DNA of 13,872 nt from Deltaproteobacteria bacterium TL4. GTDB lineage: Bacteria; SAR324; NAC60-12. Made by a program: the position numbers and the translations under genes. The stretch spans positions 1 to 13,872 of the forward strand of contig JBBCAX010000208.1 in the NCBI GenBank assembly GCA_051382335.1. The letters run 5' to 3'. Each line of letters begins with the position of its first letter. The stretch's first letter is position 1. A model generated the notes under the pieces. That model did no database searches. It saw only the letters and a program-made list of their open reading frames with translations, and was not told where the DNA came from. Positions 1 to 8,009 of the stretch are shown here, in pieces.

Positions 1-251
1 TGTGCTCCGAGAATAGCTGTTGAGCATAAGTAGGGTGCCGCTTAAGCGAAGCGAGCGCACCAGAAAGCAGCGGTTCCCTTATTTGTGCTCCGAGAATAGC
101 TGTTGAGCATAAGTAGGGTGCCGCTTAAGCGAAGCGAGCGCACCAAAAAGCAGCGGTCCCCTTATTTGTGGTGTGCTCGCTTCGCTTAAGCGGCACCCTA
201 CCTTTACCCTACCTTGAGTGGTGCGCTCGCTTCGCTTAAGCGGCACCCTAC
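1..251. repeat. GTAG-type REP cluster: 4 copies (30..61 and 113..144 GTAG on +; 170..201 and 220..251 GTAG on -), including an 83-bp tandem duplication and an inverted REP doublet (REPIN-like, 113..201)
   Basis: 32-nt unit GTAGGGTGCCGCTTAAGCGAAGCGAGCGCACC: a 5' GTAG tetranucleotide followed by an imperfect palindrome (GGTGC..CGCTT/AAGCG..GCACC). Positions 1..83 repeat at 84..166. Confidence 0.9.
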
Positions 252-263
252 CTTGAGTTTCTC

Positions 264-292
264 CTCGTTCCCAAGCTCCAGTTTGGGAATGC
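264..292 (+). repeat. Second palindrome type CTCGTTCCCAAGCTCCAGTTTGGGAATGC
   Basis: TTCCCAA/TTGGGAA stem. Inverted copy at about 10727..10755 and a half copy at 11148..11161. Confidence 0.7.
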
Positions 293-354
293 TTTGCTCT
301 TTGCCTTGTAACCTTTTCTCTGTGGTTCCAGCCGCGTCTGCTTTGAAATTCCGC

Positions 355-383
355 TTGCTCTTCGTCCAGTTTCTTGTCAGAAT
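355..383 (+). promoter_or_regulatory. Putative sigma70 promoter of the 429..1097 gene
   Basis: TTGCTC (355..360), 17-nt spacer, CAGAAT (378..383) with extended -10 TG at 375..376. Identical in the second copy. Confidence 0.4.
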
Positions 384-428
384 GGAATAAAACACCTGCT
401 TAAAAAAACGCTTGTCTGAAAAGGGCTT

Positions 429-1097
429 ATGACCGATCAAGAACTCAAAGAACTGGTTGCCAGCTTGGCAATCGCCCAAAAAGAAACCGACCAACAACTC
501 AAAGAAACTGACCGTCAACTCAAGGAAACCAGCCGTGAGATGAAGAAAAAAACAGCGGAAACCGACCAACAACTCAAGGAAACAAGCCGTGAGATGAAGA
601 AAAAAACAGCGGAAACCGACCAACAACTCAAGGAAACAAGCCGTATAGTCAAAGAATTGTCAAAAAATATCGGAGGCTTGAATAACAAGTTTGGTTCCTT
701 CACTGAAGGGATGGCGTTTCCCTCCATCTCGAAAATCATGACAGAGCGCTTTGGGATGGATACCTTTCTGACCCGTCTCCGCAAAAGAAAAGAGGGAAAG
801 AATATGGAAGTGGACGCGGTAGCCTATACGAATGGGACGGTGAATGAGTTGTATGTGATTGAAGTCAAAAGTCGTCTGGAACAACGGGATCTGGACCAAA
901 CGCTGGAGATTCTGAAAAACTTCCGGATGTTTTTTCCGGAGTTTTCCGACAAAACCATCCGGGGAATGTTAGTCTATGTGGATACCGAGTCTTCCGTGAG
1001 AGAGGACGTCCTGCAATCGGGTCTGTATCTGGCCGCCATCCATGATGAAGTCTTTTCCCTTGAAACTCCCGCCAATTTTACGCCCAAAACCTTCTGA
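429..1097 (+). CDS. Coiled-coil + PD-(D/E)XK nuclease-fold protein (DUF3782-like), 222 aa
   Basis: N-terminal KETDxQL heptad and ETSREMKKKTA 11-residue repeats, then GGLNNKFGSFTEG, then EVDAV...VIEVKS (D...ExK). AAGGG upstream of ATG. Confidence 0.85.
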   Translation: MTDQELKELVASLAIAQKETDQQLKETDRQLKETSREMKKKTAETDQQLKETSREMKKKTAETDQQLKETSRIVKELSKNIGGLNNKFGSFTEGMAFPSISKIMTERFGMDTFLTRLRKRKEGKNMEVDAVAYTNGTVNELYVIEVKSRLEQRDLDQTLEILKNFRMFFPEFSDKTIRGMLVYVDTESSVREDVLQSGLYLAAIHDEVFSLETPANFTPKTF

Positions 1098-1144
1098 TGG
1101 GTCTGTCTCTGGTCGCGAGACTTTCTACCGTGTTTTCTATTTGT

Positions 1145-1624
1145 GGTGCGCTCGCTTCGCTTAAGCGGCACCCTACCTTGAGTGATGCGCTCGCTTCGCT
1201 TAAGCACCCTACCTTGAGTGGCGCGCTCGCTTCGCTTAAGCACCCTACCTTGAGTGGTGCGCTCGCTTCGCTTAAGCACCCTACCTTGAGTGGTGCGCTC
1301 GCTTCGCTTAAGCGGCACCCTACCTTGAGTGGTGCGCTCGCTTCGCTTAAGCGGCACCCTACCTTGAGTGGTGCGCTCGCTTCGCTTAAGCACCCTACCT
1401 TGAGTGGTGCGCTCGCTTCGCTTAAGCACCCTACCTTGAGTGGTGCGCTCGCTTCGCTTAAGCGGCACCACCTTGAGTGGTGCGCTCGCTTCGCTTAAGC
1501 GGCACCCTACCTTGAGTGGCGCGCTCGCTTCGCTTAAGCACCCTACCTTGAGTGATGCGCTCGCTTCGCTTAAGCGGCACCCTACCTTGAGTGGTGCGCT
1601 CGCTTCGCTTAAGCGGCACCCTAC
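1145..1624 (-). repeat. Tandem array of 13 GTAG-type REPs separated by a constant 7-nt linker CTTGAGT
   Basis: Units start at 1145, 1184, 1220, 1256, 1292, 1331, 1370, 1406, 1442, 1479, 1518, 1554 and 1593. Periods are 39 or 36 nt (the short form lacks 3 nt), with one of 37 nt. Confidence 0.95.
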
Positions 1625-1676
1625 CAGAGTTCCTGCAAACCCGCTAAAATCCAGCGTTTATTTAGGAAAGATGTCT

Positions 1677-1768
1677 AATGGACATTTTTGAACCATGCCG
1701 AAAATTTAGCGGGATCAACATCGGCAAACCATAGAAACCTAGCCCAAAGAAAGGGAGGAATTGCATGA
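1677..1768 (+). pseudogene. Probable 3' half of a split small HTH gene (WTFLNHAENLAGSTSANHRNLAQRKGGIA*)
   Basis: Frame is open from the cassette end to TGA 1766..1768, which overlaps an ATG (ATGA) preceded by GGAGG. It joins in frame to 9601..9646 through a shared AAT. Confidence 0.5.
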
Positions 1769-1877
1769 CAGACCGTTTCAGTGAGGGAGATGGCCTTGCA
1801 AATTGGAAAATAACAAACTATACCAATGTAACAAGTCATGGATTTACTTTCCCAACCATAAACTTAAGGAGAACACC

Positions 1878-2090
1878 ATGCGAGTTGAAATTGACCTTCC
1901 GGAGCAAATTGCGTCTATACTCACCAATCTTCCGCTAACCGAACTCAAAAAACGCATTATCACCGATAATGGCCTCACTGTTGCTCAAGAAGAAGAAATT
2001 CTTTCTCTCAACCCTGAGGATAGCACGCACGCAATGACCCCCAAGGAAGCACTCGCATACCTCAAGACACGACATAACCATGAAAATTAA
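1878..2090 (+). CDS. Putative type II antitoxin, 70 aa
   Basis: AAGGAG RBS at 1866..1871 before ATG 1878. Small, with N-terminal beta-like MRVEIDLPE, acidic middle and C-terminal TPKEALAYLK. Overlaps the start of a RelE-like ORF by 11 nt. Confidence 0.65.
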   Translation: MRVEIDLPEQIASILTNLPLTELKKRIITDNGLTVAQEEEILSLNPEDSTHAMTPKEALAYLKTRHNHEN

Positions 2091-2238
2091 ATTTCATAGG
2101 CATTACCTTAAATCTTATGAGAAACTTCCTAAAAGAATCCAGGTCAGGGCGGATGAGCGAATCAGAATTTTTCAGAAAAATGCAGTGATTAACTCGGATG
2201 GACTTGAGGCAAATACCAAAAAACTTGAGTGCTCTTAA
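2080..2238 (+). pseudogene. Truncated RelE/YafQ-superfamily toxin (52 aa)
   Basis: MKIKFHRHYLKSYEKLPKRIQVRADERIRIFQKN resembles the RelE/YafQ N-terminal strand and two helices. The expected HxL..G...RS....D.R..Y half is absent. Not in the supplied ORF track; translated by hand. Confidence 0.65.
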
Positions 2239-2330
2239 AAAATGAGTATGGTGGGATGGCAATTTATGTCCTTGCACCTGTGATCATCATATGTAGTAAC
2301 CGAAATTAGCTTGGTCTTGGCATAGAATTA

Positions 2331-2355
2331 TTCATTCTTGCGAAGGCGGGAGTCC
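2331..2355 (+). repeat. Degenerate GTCATTCCCGCGAAGGCGGGAATCC-type palindrome
   Basis: TTCATTCTTGCGAAGGCGGGAGTCC resembles the widespread CGTC-type REP hairpin. Single copy here. Confidence 0.4.
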
Positions 2356-2481
2356 CTTCCGCTGATTTGAACCTCAAAGAGGTAGCGAACGAGTCACCAG
2401 TGACGCCTTCAATCAAGAAACGTACCGGAAAAGTCTTATTTCAGCTAACTATAATTATAAATTTCAGAAGAAGAGGAACTT

Positions 2482-4266
2482 ATGAGTGAGACAGCAACCA
2501 ACAAGCCTGTGAAATCCGCTAAAACAGGGACAACAGAGGGAGCCGCGACAGCCCCTTCCAAAACGAGCGCCAATCCAAAACCCGATGTGGTTTCGACAGA
2601 TAAGGTAGAAACACCCACTTCCCGTTCTCCCCAAGTCATTGAATCCTTCAATCCCGCGACTGGAGAAAAGATTGGAGAAGTTCCCGTTACACCAATTGAA
2701 GAGATGCCCAGAATTTTTGAAGAGGCGAGAAAGGCACAAAAGATATGGGCGGAAATGACCTTTGATCAAAGGAAGGAATGTCTGTTGAAAATGAGAGATT
2801 ACATGATGGAAAATACCAAAGCCATCGCAAAAGTCATCTCAAAGGATAATGGTAAAACGCTTTCTGATGCCTTAAATACAGAGGTGATCCCGAGTATTTT
2901 GGCCTGTGACTGGTACGCCAAAAAAGCCAAACAACATTTGAAAAAGAAAAACATTCCAGCCTCCAATGTGTTGTTTGCTAATAAGCAAAGTTACCTTTTG
3001 AGAATGCCCTTGGGCGTCGTGGGGATTATTTCTCCTTGGAATTATCCGTTTTCCATTCCTTTTGGTGAAGTCATGATGGGTTTGATGGCAGGAAACGCCA
3101 TTCTGCTCAAGACGGCTGTTGAAACCGCTATGGTAGGCGCGGAGATCGAAAAAATCATCAAAGCAGGATGTTTGCCCAAGGGACTGTTTCATTACGTACA
3201 AGGTCGAGGGTCTCAAGTGGCGACGGCTTGGTTTGAAAACAAAATAGATAAAATCTTTTTTACAGGCAGTGTCGGTGTCGGGCAAATTTTAATGAAGCAA
3301 GCAGCAGAAAACGTCACTCCTCTTTCTTTGGAACTGGGAGGCAAGGACGCGATGATTGTTCTGGAAGATGCCAACCTTGAGCGTGCCGCCAATGGCGCGG
3401 TCTGGGGGGGATTCCAAAATAGCGGTCAAACGTGTGCTGGCGTGGAACGGGTTTATGTTCATGAATCCGTTGCGGAGGAGTTCTTGAAGTTGGTTAAAGA
3501 AAAAACAGAAAGTCTGCGTCAAGGTGCGGATTCCGGCCGTTTTGACAAAGACATCGGTGCCATGACAACGGTAAGTCAGTTGGAATTAGTGAAACGTCAT
3601 GTGGCGGATGCCTTGAAACAAGGGGCAAAAATATACGCGCAGTCCACGGTCAGTCCCGATGAAAAGGGGCTGTTTCATCCTGCAACCGTTTTGGTGGATG
3701 TGACTCATGACATGGACGTGATGAAAGAAGAAACCTTTGGACCTGTCATCGGCGTCATGACTTTTAAAACAGACCGGGAAGCCATCGCACTGGCTAATGA
3801 TTCCGACTTGGGATTGACCAGTAGTGTTTGGACCACAAACAACGATCGTGGCCGTAAAATGGCTAAACAATTGGAAACAGGAATTACCACATTGAATGAC
3901 CATATTTACACTCATGGCTCCTCAGAACTCCCGTGGGTAGGATGGAAAAAAAGTGGATTGGGCGCAACTCACTCGCATTTGGGATTAGAAGAAATGACGA
4001 AACCTAAAGTGGTGAGCTATGATCTCGCTCCTAACATTAAAGCGGATTTATGGTGGTTTCCTCATCGGGAAATTATTTTTGAGGCTTTTGCGGATACACC
4101 GAAACTTCTTTTTGGTAAATCCTTACAGGTACGGGCCGATTCCTTAGGACGCTTGATTCCAAAACTGCTCAAAGATCCCTTACTCAAAGAAAAAATGATG
4201 TTCGTCTTTGAACGAGCCCGTAAACGGGGCAAACAACAATTCCAGAAAGCCTTAGGACGTCCATAA
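2482..4266 (+). CDS. NAD(P)-dependent aldehyde dehydrogenase, 594 aa
   Basis: NPATGE, GIISPWNYP, FFTGS, LELGGKD (catalytic Glu), GQTC (catalytic Cys), EETFGP. GAGGA RBS. Confidence 0.96.
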   Translation: MSETATNKPVKSAKTGTTEGAATAPSKTSANPKPDVVSTDKVETPTSRSPQVIESFNPATGEKIGEVPVTPIEEMPRIFEEARKAQKIWAEMTFDQRKECLLKMRDYMMENTKAIAKVISKDNGKTLSDALNTEVIPSILACDWYAKKAKQHLKKKNIPASNVLFANKQSYLLRMPLGVVGIISPWNYPFSIPFGEVMMGLMAGNAILLKTAVETAMVGAEIEKIIKAGCLPKGLFHYVQGRGSQVATAWFENKIDKIFFTGSVGVGQILMKQAAENVTPLSLELGGKDAMIVLEDANLERAANGAVWGGFQNSGQTCAGVERVYVHESVAEEFLKLVKEKTESLRQGADSGRFDKDIGAMTTVSQLELVKRHVADALKQGAKIYAQSTVSPDEKGLFHPATVLVDVTHDMDVMKEETFGPVIGVMTFKTDREAIALANDSDLGLTSSVWTTNNDRGRKMAKQLETGITTLNDHIYTHGSSELPWVGWKKSGLGATHSHLGLEEMTKPKVVSYDLAPNIKADLWWFPHREIIFEAFADTPKLLFGKSLQVRADSLGRLIPKLLKDPLLKEKMMFVFERARKRGKQQFQKALGRP

Positions 4267-4490
4267 TGTCTTCCGGCATTGTAAATCCTTAGGCAATTCA
4301 TTCCCGGCTTTGGGGTTGTTTTGTGGTCCCCAAGCCGGTCCTGGCTTACTCCTCAGAAAAACTGTCACTTTATCATTGATAATTAATTCGTTGGTGTGAT
4401 TCTTGCGTTTATAGAAATGAGAAGACTTACGCAAATAAGGGGACCCTATTCAAATTTTGCTTGGCGACAAAGACCAAAGTATGGGGACTT

Positions 4491-4511
4491 ATCCCGGTGC
4501 GAAACCGGGAT
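4491..4511. promoter_or_regulatory. Perfect 8-bp hairpin in intergenic leader
   Basis: ATCCCGGT-GCGAA-ACCGGGAT, about 70 nt upstream of the 4582 start. Function unknown. Confidence 0.3.
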
Positions 4512-4581
4512 GAATTAAGAACGTATTTTTGAGGTCTTGTTTCTATGATAAACCATGTTTTTTACATACAGGGGATACTCT

Positions 4582-6309
4582 ATGGCTGGTAAACTTGACG
4601 ATACACTGACGTTGGGTGAAGTGGCGGAAACTCCTAAAACCCTTCCTCTGGCAGAAAGTTTGGAAAAAGCGATTTCTCCTGAGGAAGTTCAGGTTTATAG
4701 TGAATTAACCAACAAATATCTTCTTGAAACCCCAAACCTCCATCCCTCCATTAAAGTCACCGCCTTGACGCTGCTTAAAACCCTATCTCACTTGTCCAAA
4801 AACAAGGAGTTCCTGGAAGCACAAGCCAAAGCCTTACCCTGGGAGAGCCATCGGGAAATATATTACCAAGTGCCCTTCTTGCCTGAATTGGCGAAGACTT
4901 CTGATTTACTGGACTGGTATCAAAATGAGGCGGTCTACTTAACAAAATTTAAATTTAAAAAGGGGGATTTTACTCCTTTGAAAATGATGATCTATTTTTA
5001 CGAATCGCTCGCCTTTCAAGTCGGAACCAATAAAAAACAATTGACACCCTACTTGGAACTTGCCGAGGACGTGTTTAGAATCATTGTGGGGCATTTTAAT
5101 AATTTAAACAAAGCGTGCCGAGCACAAGATAATTCCCATCCCTGGTATAGTCCTGCTCATGAAAAAGACTATAAAGCCGTCGCCCATTTGTGGAAAACCA
5201 CTGTGGATGTCACAACCGTTCGTCACATGAGTCGCTTACCCGTACATTTCAGACGCCCCCTGAACAAATTACCGCTGGACTGGAGTGAGTTGCTGAAAAT
5301 CAACCATCATAGTAAAATCACCATGCTGAATGTCCGGTATCCCCTGTCTTGTCTGGATTCCCCTTTCAGAGAGACACGGAGTTATAGCGCTTTTCTATTA
5401 CATCTGGTTTGTGAGGAACGCCCCAATTTTCTTAAATCACTCGCGCATACCCGCGTCTCACGCTCTTTTTTGAATCGCCTCCGTATGGCCTTTAAGCTCA
5501 AACTGGCTTATCCTCAATTTCCCGATGAATTACCTGAGCGTTTTCAACGTGAAATGTTTTTATTGTTGATTGAACAGGGCATTAACAGTTTGGCAAAGGA
5601 GCATAATATTAAAGAAAAAGGACAAGATAAACTGAGTGAAAAATTTAGAGAGTTTGACGAGCAAGTTCAAACCAAAGAAAAAATCGAAATCACAGGCCCT
5701 GAAGTGGAGGTCATAGAGGTTCAAGCGCCAAAGAAAACTCCTGTTGTGACGCCGGAAATCAAAGTTGAACAAGAAAAGAAACCGGAAGTTCCTCCTGAGG
5801 AACCGGAAGATGAGGGGGTGGAGACGGACTTTCCTGATATCACCGATGACGGCGAATATGGAATGGGAATTCAAACCATGCCTTATGTATTTACCTTCGA
5901 TTATGACGATCATCCCGAAGAAGTTCCGATAGAACATCTACCCAATATCAAATGGGAAAACATCGAGTGGAGTGATATTCAAGCGAAAGGGACTCATGTT
6001 TATCAAGGCCTGACACGGTTATTTATTAATAAATTAGAAACGGTAGAAACCTATCGGTATGCCCTCCAAAGTATGGAAGACATTGAGAAGATCAAACCCG
6101 TCCAGAATTATTTTTGTTTCCTTGTCAAAGAGGGAAACAACGACAAAGCCCGATATTATGTTGTGGTTAAAGAAGATGAGCAGAAACATGGAAAATCCAA
6201 GGTCTGGATCAGATTGCGTTTAAGTCCTCGTTTTATGAAAAAAATAGACAAAGCGTATTTTGTTATCTTCCCTAAGCCGAAATTTCACTTTCTGGCCATT
6301 CCTCGCTAA
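4582..6309 (+). CDS. Hypothetical protein (~575 aa), two regions joined by an acidic Pro/Glu-rich linker
   Basis: Long ORF. AGGGGA upstream of ATG 4582 (alternative start 4555). No motif recognised. Confidence 0.85.
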   Translation: MAGKLDDTLTLGEVAETPKTLPLAESLEKAISPEEVQVYSELTNKYLLETPNLHPSIKVTALTLLKTLSHLSKNKEFLEAQAKALPWESHREIYYQVPFLPELAKTSDLLDWYQNEAVYLTKFKFKKGDFTPLKMMIYFYESLAFQVGTNKKQLTPYLELAEDVFRIIVGHFNNLNKACRAQDNSHPWYSPAHEKDYKAVAHLWKTTVDVTTVRHMSRLPVHFRRPLNKLPLDWSELLKINHHSKITMLNVRYPLSCLDSPFRETRSYSAFLLHLVCEERPNFLKSLAHTRVSRSFLNRLRMAFKLKLAYPQFPDELPERFQREMFLLLIEQGINSLAKEHNIKEKGQDKLSEKFREFDEQVQTKEKIEITGPEVEVIEVQAPKKTPVVTPEIKVEQEKKPEVPPEEPEDEGVETDFPDITDDGEYGMGIQTMPYVFTFDYDDHPEEVPIEHLPNIKWENIEWSDIQAKGTHVYQGLTRLFINKLETVETYRYALQSMEDIEKIKPVQNYFCFLVKEGNNDKARYYVVVKEDEQKHGKSKVWIRLRLSPRFMKKIDKAYFVIFPKPKFHFLAIPR

Positions 6310-6352
6310 GAGCGATCCTGAGGTGTTTTTCACAAAAGGTTAACAGCGGTTG

Positions 6353-6835
6353 TTAACAAACGTCAGTAATTTCGTATTCTTTAACCGTCTGAGCCACTCC
6401 CAGTTCAATGGTATTCTGTGCTGTATTGCCCATCAAGCATTTACCTAAAGGCGAATTGGGGCTAATGACCGTGATTTCTTGTCCCTCATGCTCTATATTT
6501 ATTCCTCCCGCCGTGGGGCCGATAAACAGGATTTTCTTGCAGTCGTCTTCATCTACCAAGGAAACCAAGGCTGACAAATAAATGGGAGAATGCTCACAAA
6601 ACTCCTTCAGTATGAGGTGTTTATAAAGACTCAGCGCTTCTTCAAGTTCCTGAACCCGTTTCGCTTGCCCCCTAGCGAGGTATGAGGCTTCCAAACTCAA
6701 CGTATCATATTTGTTTTCAGCAATATTCTCATCGCTTGTCGCTACATCATAAGCCGTTAGTGCCGCTTTTTTGGTAAGGGCCAGATCGTCAGTCAGCTTT
6801 GCAATAACAAGATTCAGGATGGTTTGTTTATTCAT
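6353..6835 (-). CDS. GreA/GreB-family protein, 160 aa
   Basis: Coiled coil with acidic tip AENKYDTLSLEASYLARGQ, and C-terminal VISPNSPLGKCLMG (Gre SP.SPLG.AL.G motif). Confidence 0.85.
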   Translation of the reverse strand: MNKQTILNLVIAKLTDDLALTKKAALTAYDVATSDENIAENKYDTLSLEASYLARGQAKRVQELEEALSLYKHLILKEFCEHSPIYLSALVSLVDEDDCKKILFIGPTAGGINIEHEGQEITVISPNSPLGKCLMGNTAQNTIELGVAQTVKEYEITDVC

Positions 6836-6851
6836 AACAATGCGTGTGAAA

Positions 6852-7193
6852 TTACGGGTTACTGGGAGGAGGCGTCATCAACACCATGGTACAGGATTCC
6901 ACGATTTCATGAATGGAGGTCTGCAACGGAAGTCTTTCTGAGGCGGCAATGCTGCTCACACACTGATGGAGTGTCGTCGTGAATTGTTCAAGAATCGGTT
7001 TGTCTCTCGGGACCACCTCCTTTTGGACTAAATACTGAGCAAAGGCGCGTATGATAAGAAGCCTGGCTTTTTCAGATTCGGTATTCCAATCCGCAATGTT
7101 TCCTTCGTAAAGTCCATACGGTTCCGCTTGAATGACAGAGGGCGTCAAGAGCAGCCAACAGCATAAGAAAGCAAGTAAAACAATTTTATTCAT
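6852..7193 (-). CDS. Small hypothetical exported protein (~113 aa)
   Basis: MNKIVLLAFLCCWLLLTPSVIQA-EP looks like a Sec signal peptide. Two Cys in the mature part. Co-oriented just upstream of the Gre gene. Confidence 0.7.
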   Translation of the reverse strand: MNKIVLLAFLCCWLLLTPSVIQAEPYGLYEGNIADWNTESEKARLLIIRAFAQYLVQKEVVPRDKPILEQFTTTLHQCVSSIAASERLPLQTSIHEIVESCTMVLMTPPPSNP

Positions 7194-7365
7194 AGTATTT
7201 TGAAAACCAAAGAATGTTATCTTAAACATTTCGTTCCAGTTTATCAAAAGAGTAGCGAATTACAAGTCCTGATAGTTTGTGTTGACCATTTTTCCAAAGC
7301 TTGGTTCAATGCGAACACTCATCGCTCCAATCCCAGAACTCATCACTCTCGAATTGAGAATAAGA

Positions 7366-7890
7366 ATGAACCCAAAGTCAGCAACCCTTTCAACGGCCTT
7401 TGCCGCCATTGATTTTGAAACCGCCGATTATGACAGGGACAGCGCATGTTCGTTGGCGATTGTGACCGTCGAAGACAATCAAATTGTTGACCGAACTTAT
7501 GCTTTAATTCGTCCTCCCCGTAAACAATTCATTTTCACCGATTTACATGGTATTTCGTGGCAGGATGTAAAAAATGAACCAACTTTCGCGGAACTATGGC
7601 CTCAATTCGAGAAAAAGCTCACGCAAGCGTCTTTCATTGCGGCACATAACGCAAGCTTCGATAAAGGTGTGCTATATGCCTGTTGTGAGACTGCCGCTAT
7701 CGAACCGCCTCACTTGACGTTCAGGTGTACCGTGCAATTAGCGAGAGCCGTGTGGAATATTCGTCCCACCAAATTATCCAATGTCTGTTCCCATTTGAAC
7801 ATTCCGCTTCAACACCATCACGCACTTTCTGACGCGGAAGCCTGCGCGAAAATTGTTATTGCCGCAAGGGAAAGGGGCGCTGTGATCTAG
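7366..7890 (+). CDS. DEDDh 3'-5' exonuclease (DnaQ/Pol III epsilon-like)
   Basis: ExoI AIDFETA, ExoII AHNASFD, ExoIII HHALSDA. Start placed at ATG 7366 (ORF is open from 7279). Confidence 0.92.
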   Translation: MNPKSATLSTAFAAIDFETADYDRDSACSLAIVTVEDNQIVDRTYALIRPPRKQFIFTDLHGISWQDVKNEPTFAELWPQFEKKLTQASFIAAHNASFDKGVLYACCETAAIEPPHLTFRCTVQLARAVWNIRPTKLSNVCSHLNIPLQHHHALSDAEACAKIVIAARERGAVI

Positions 7891-8009
7891 GACTTGGCAT
7901 GGAGTCAGTCGCTGTCGCTTAATATCAAAAAAGGAACTTGCCGAAGGATTGAAGTCCAGGGCGTTTCCCTCAAAAACCTGTCAAAAATGAACACCTGGAG
8001 AGTGACTCA

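Larger units (their letters stand above)
220..1676 (+). mobile_element. Left copy of inverted duplicated cassette (REP, CTCGTTCCC hairpin, promoter, DUF3782-like gene, REP array, terminal ...GGAAAGATGTCT)
   Basis: Reverse-complement similarity to 9647..10799 across upstream region, gene, 3' flank and terminal 44 bp (1633..1676 vs 9647..9690, one mismatch). No transposase inside, so mobility is inferred. Confidence 0.65.

Noticed and set aside
204..899. Antisense ORFs over the coiled-coil genes (also 9967..11058)
   Set aside because: Shadow frames of repetitive coding sequence and REPs.
1145..1624. CRISPR array
   Set aside because: Linkers are a constant 7 nt, the same repeat is dispersed in both orientations, and no cas genes are present.
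974..1691. ORFs 974..1471, 1097..1498 and 1440..1691 as repeat proteins
   Set aside because: They stay open only because the REP periods are multiples of three; they are translations of the non-coding array.
4304..4338. Intrinsic terminator after the aldehyde dehydrogenase
   Set aside because: A bulged hairpin is present (CCGGCTTTGGGG/CCCCAAGCCGG) but it has a long loop and no U-tract.
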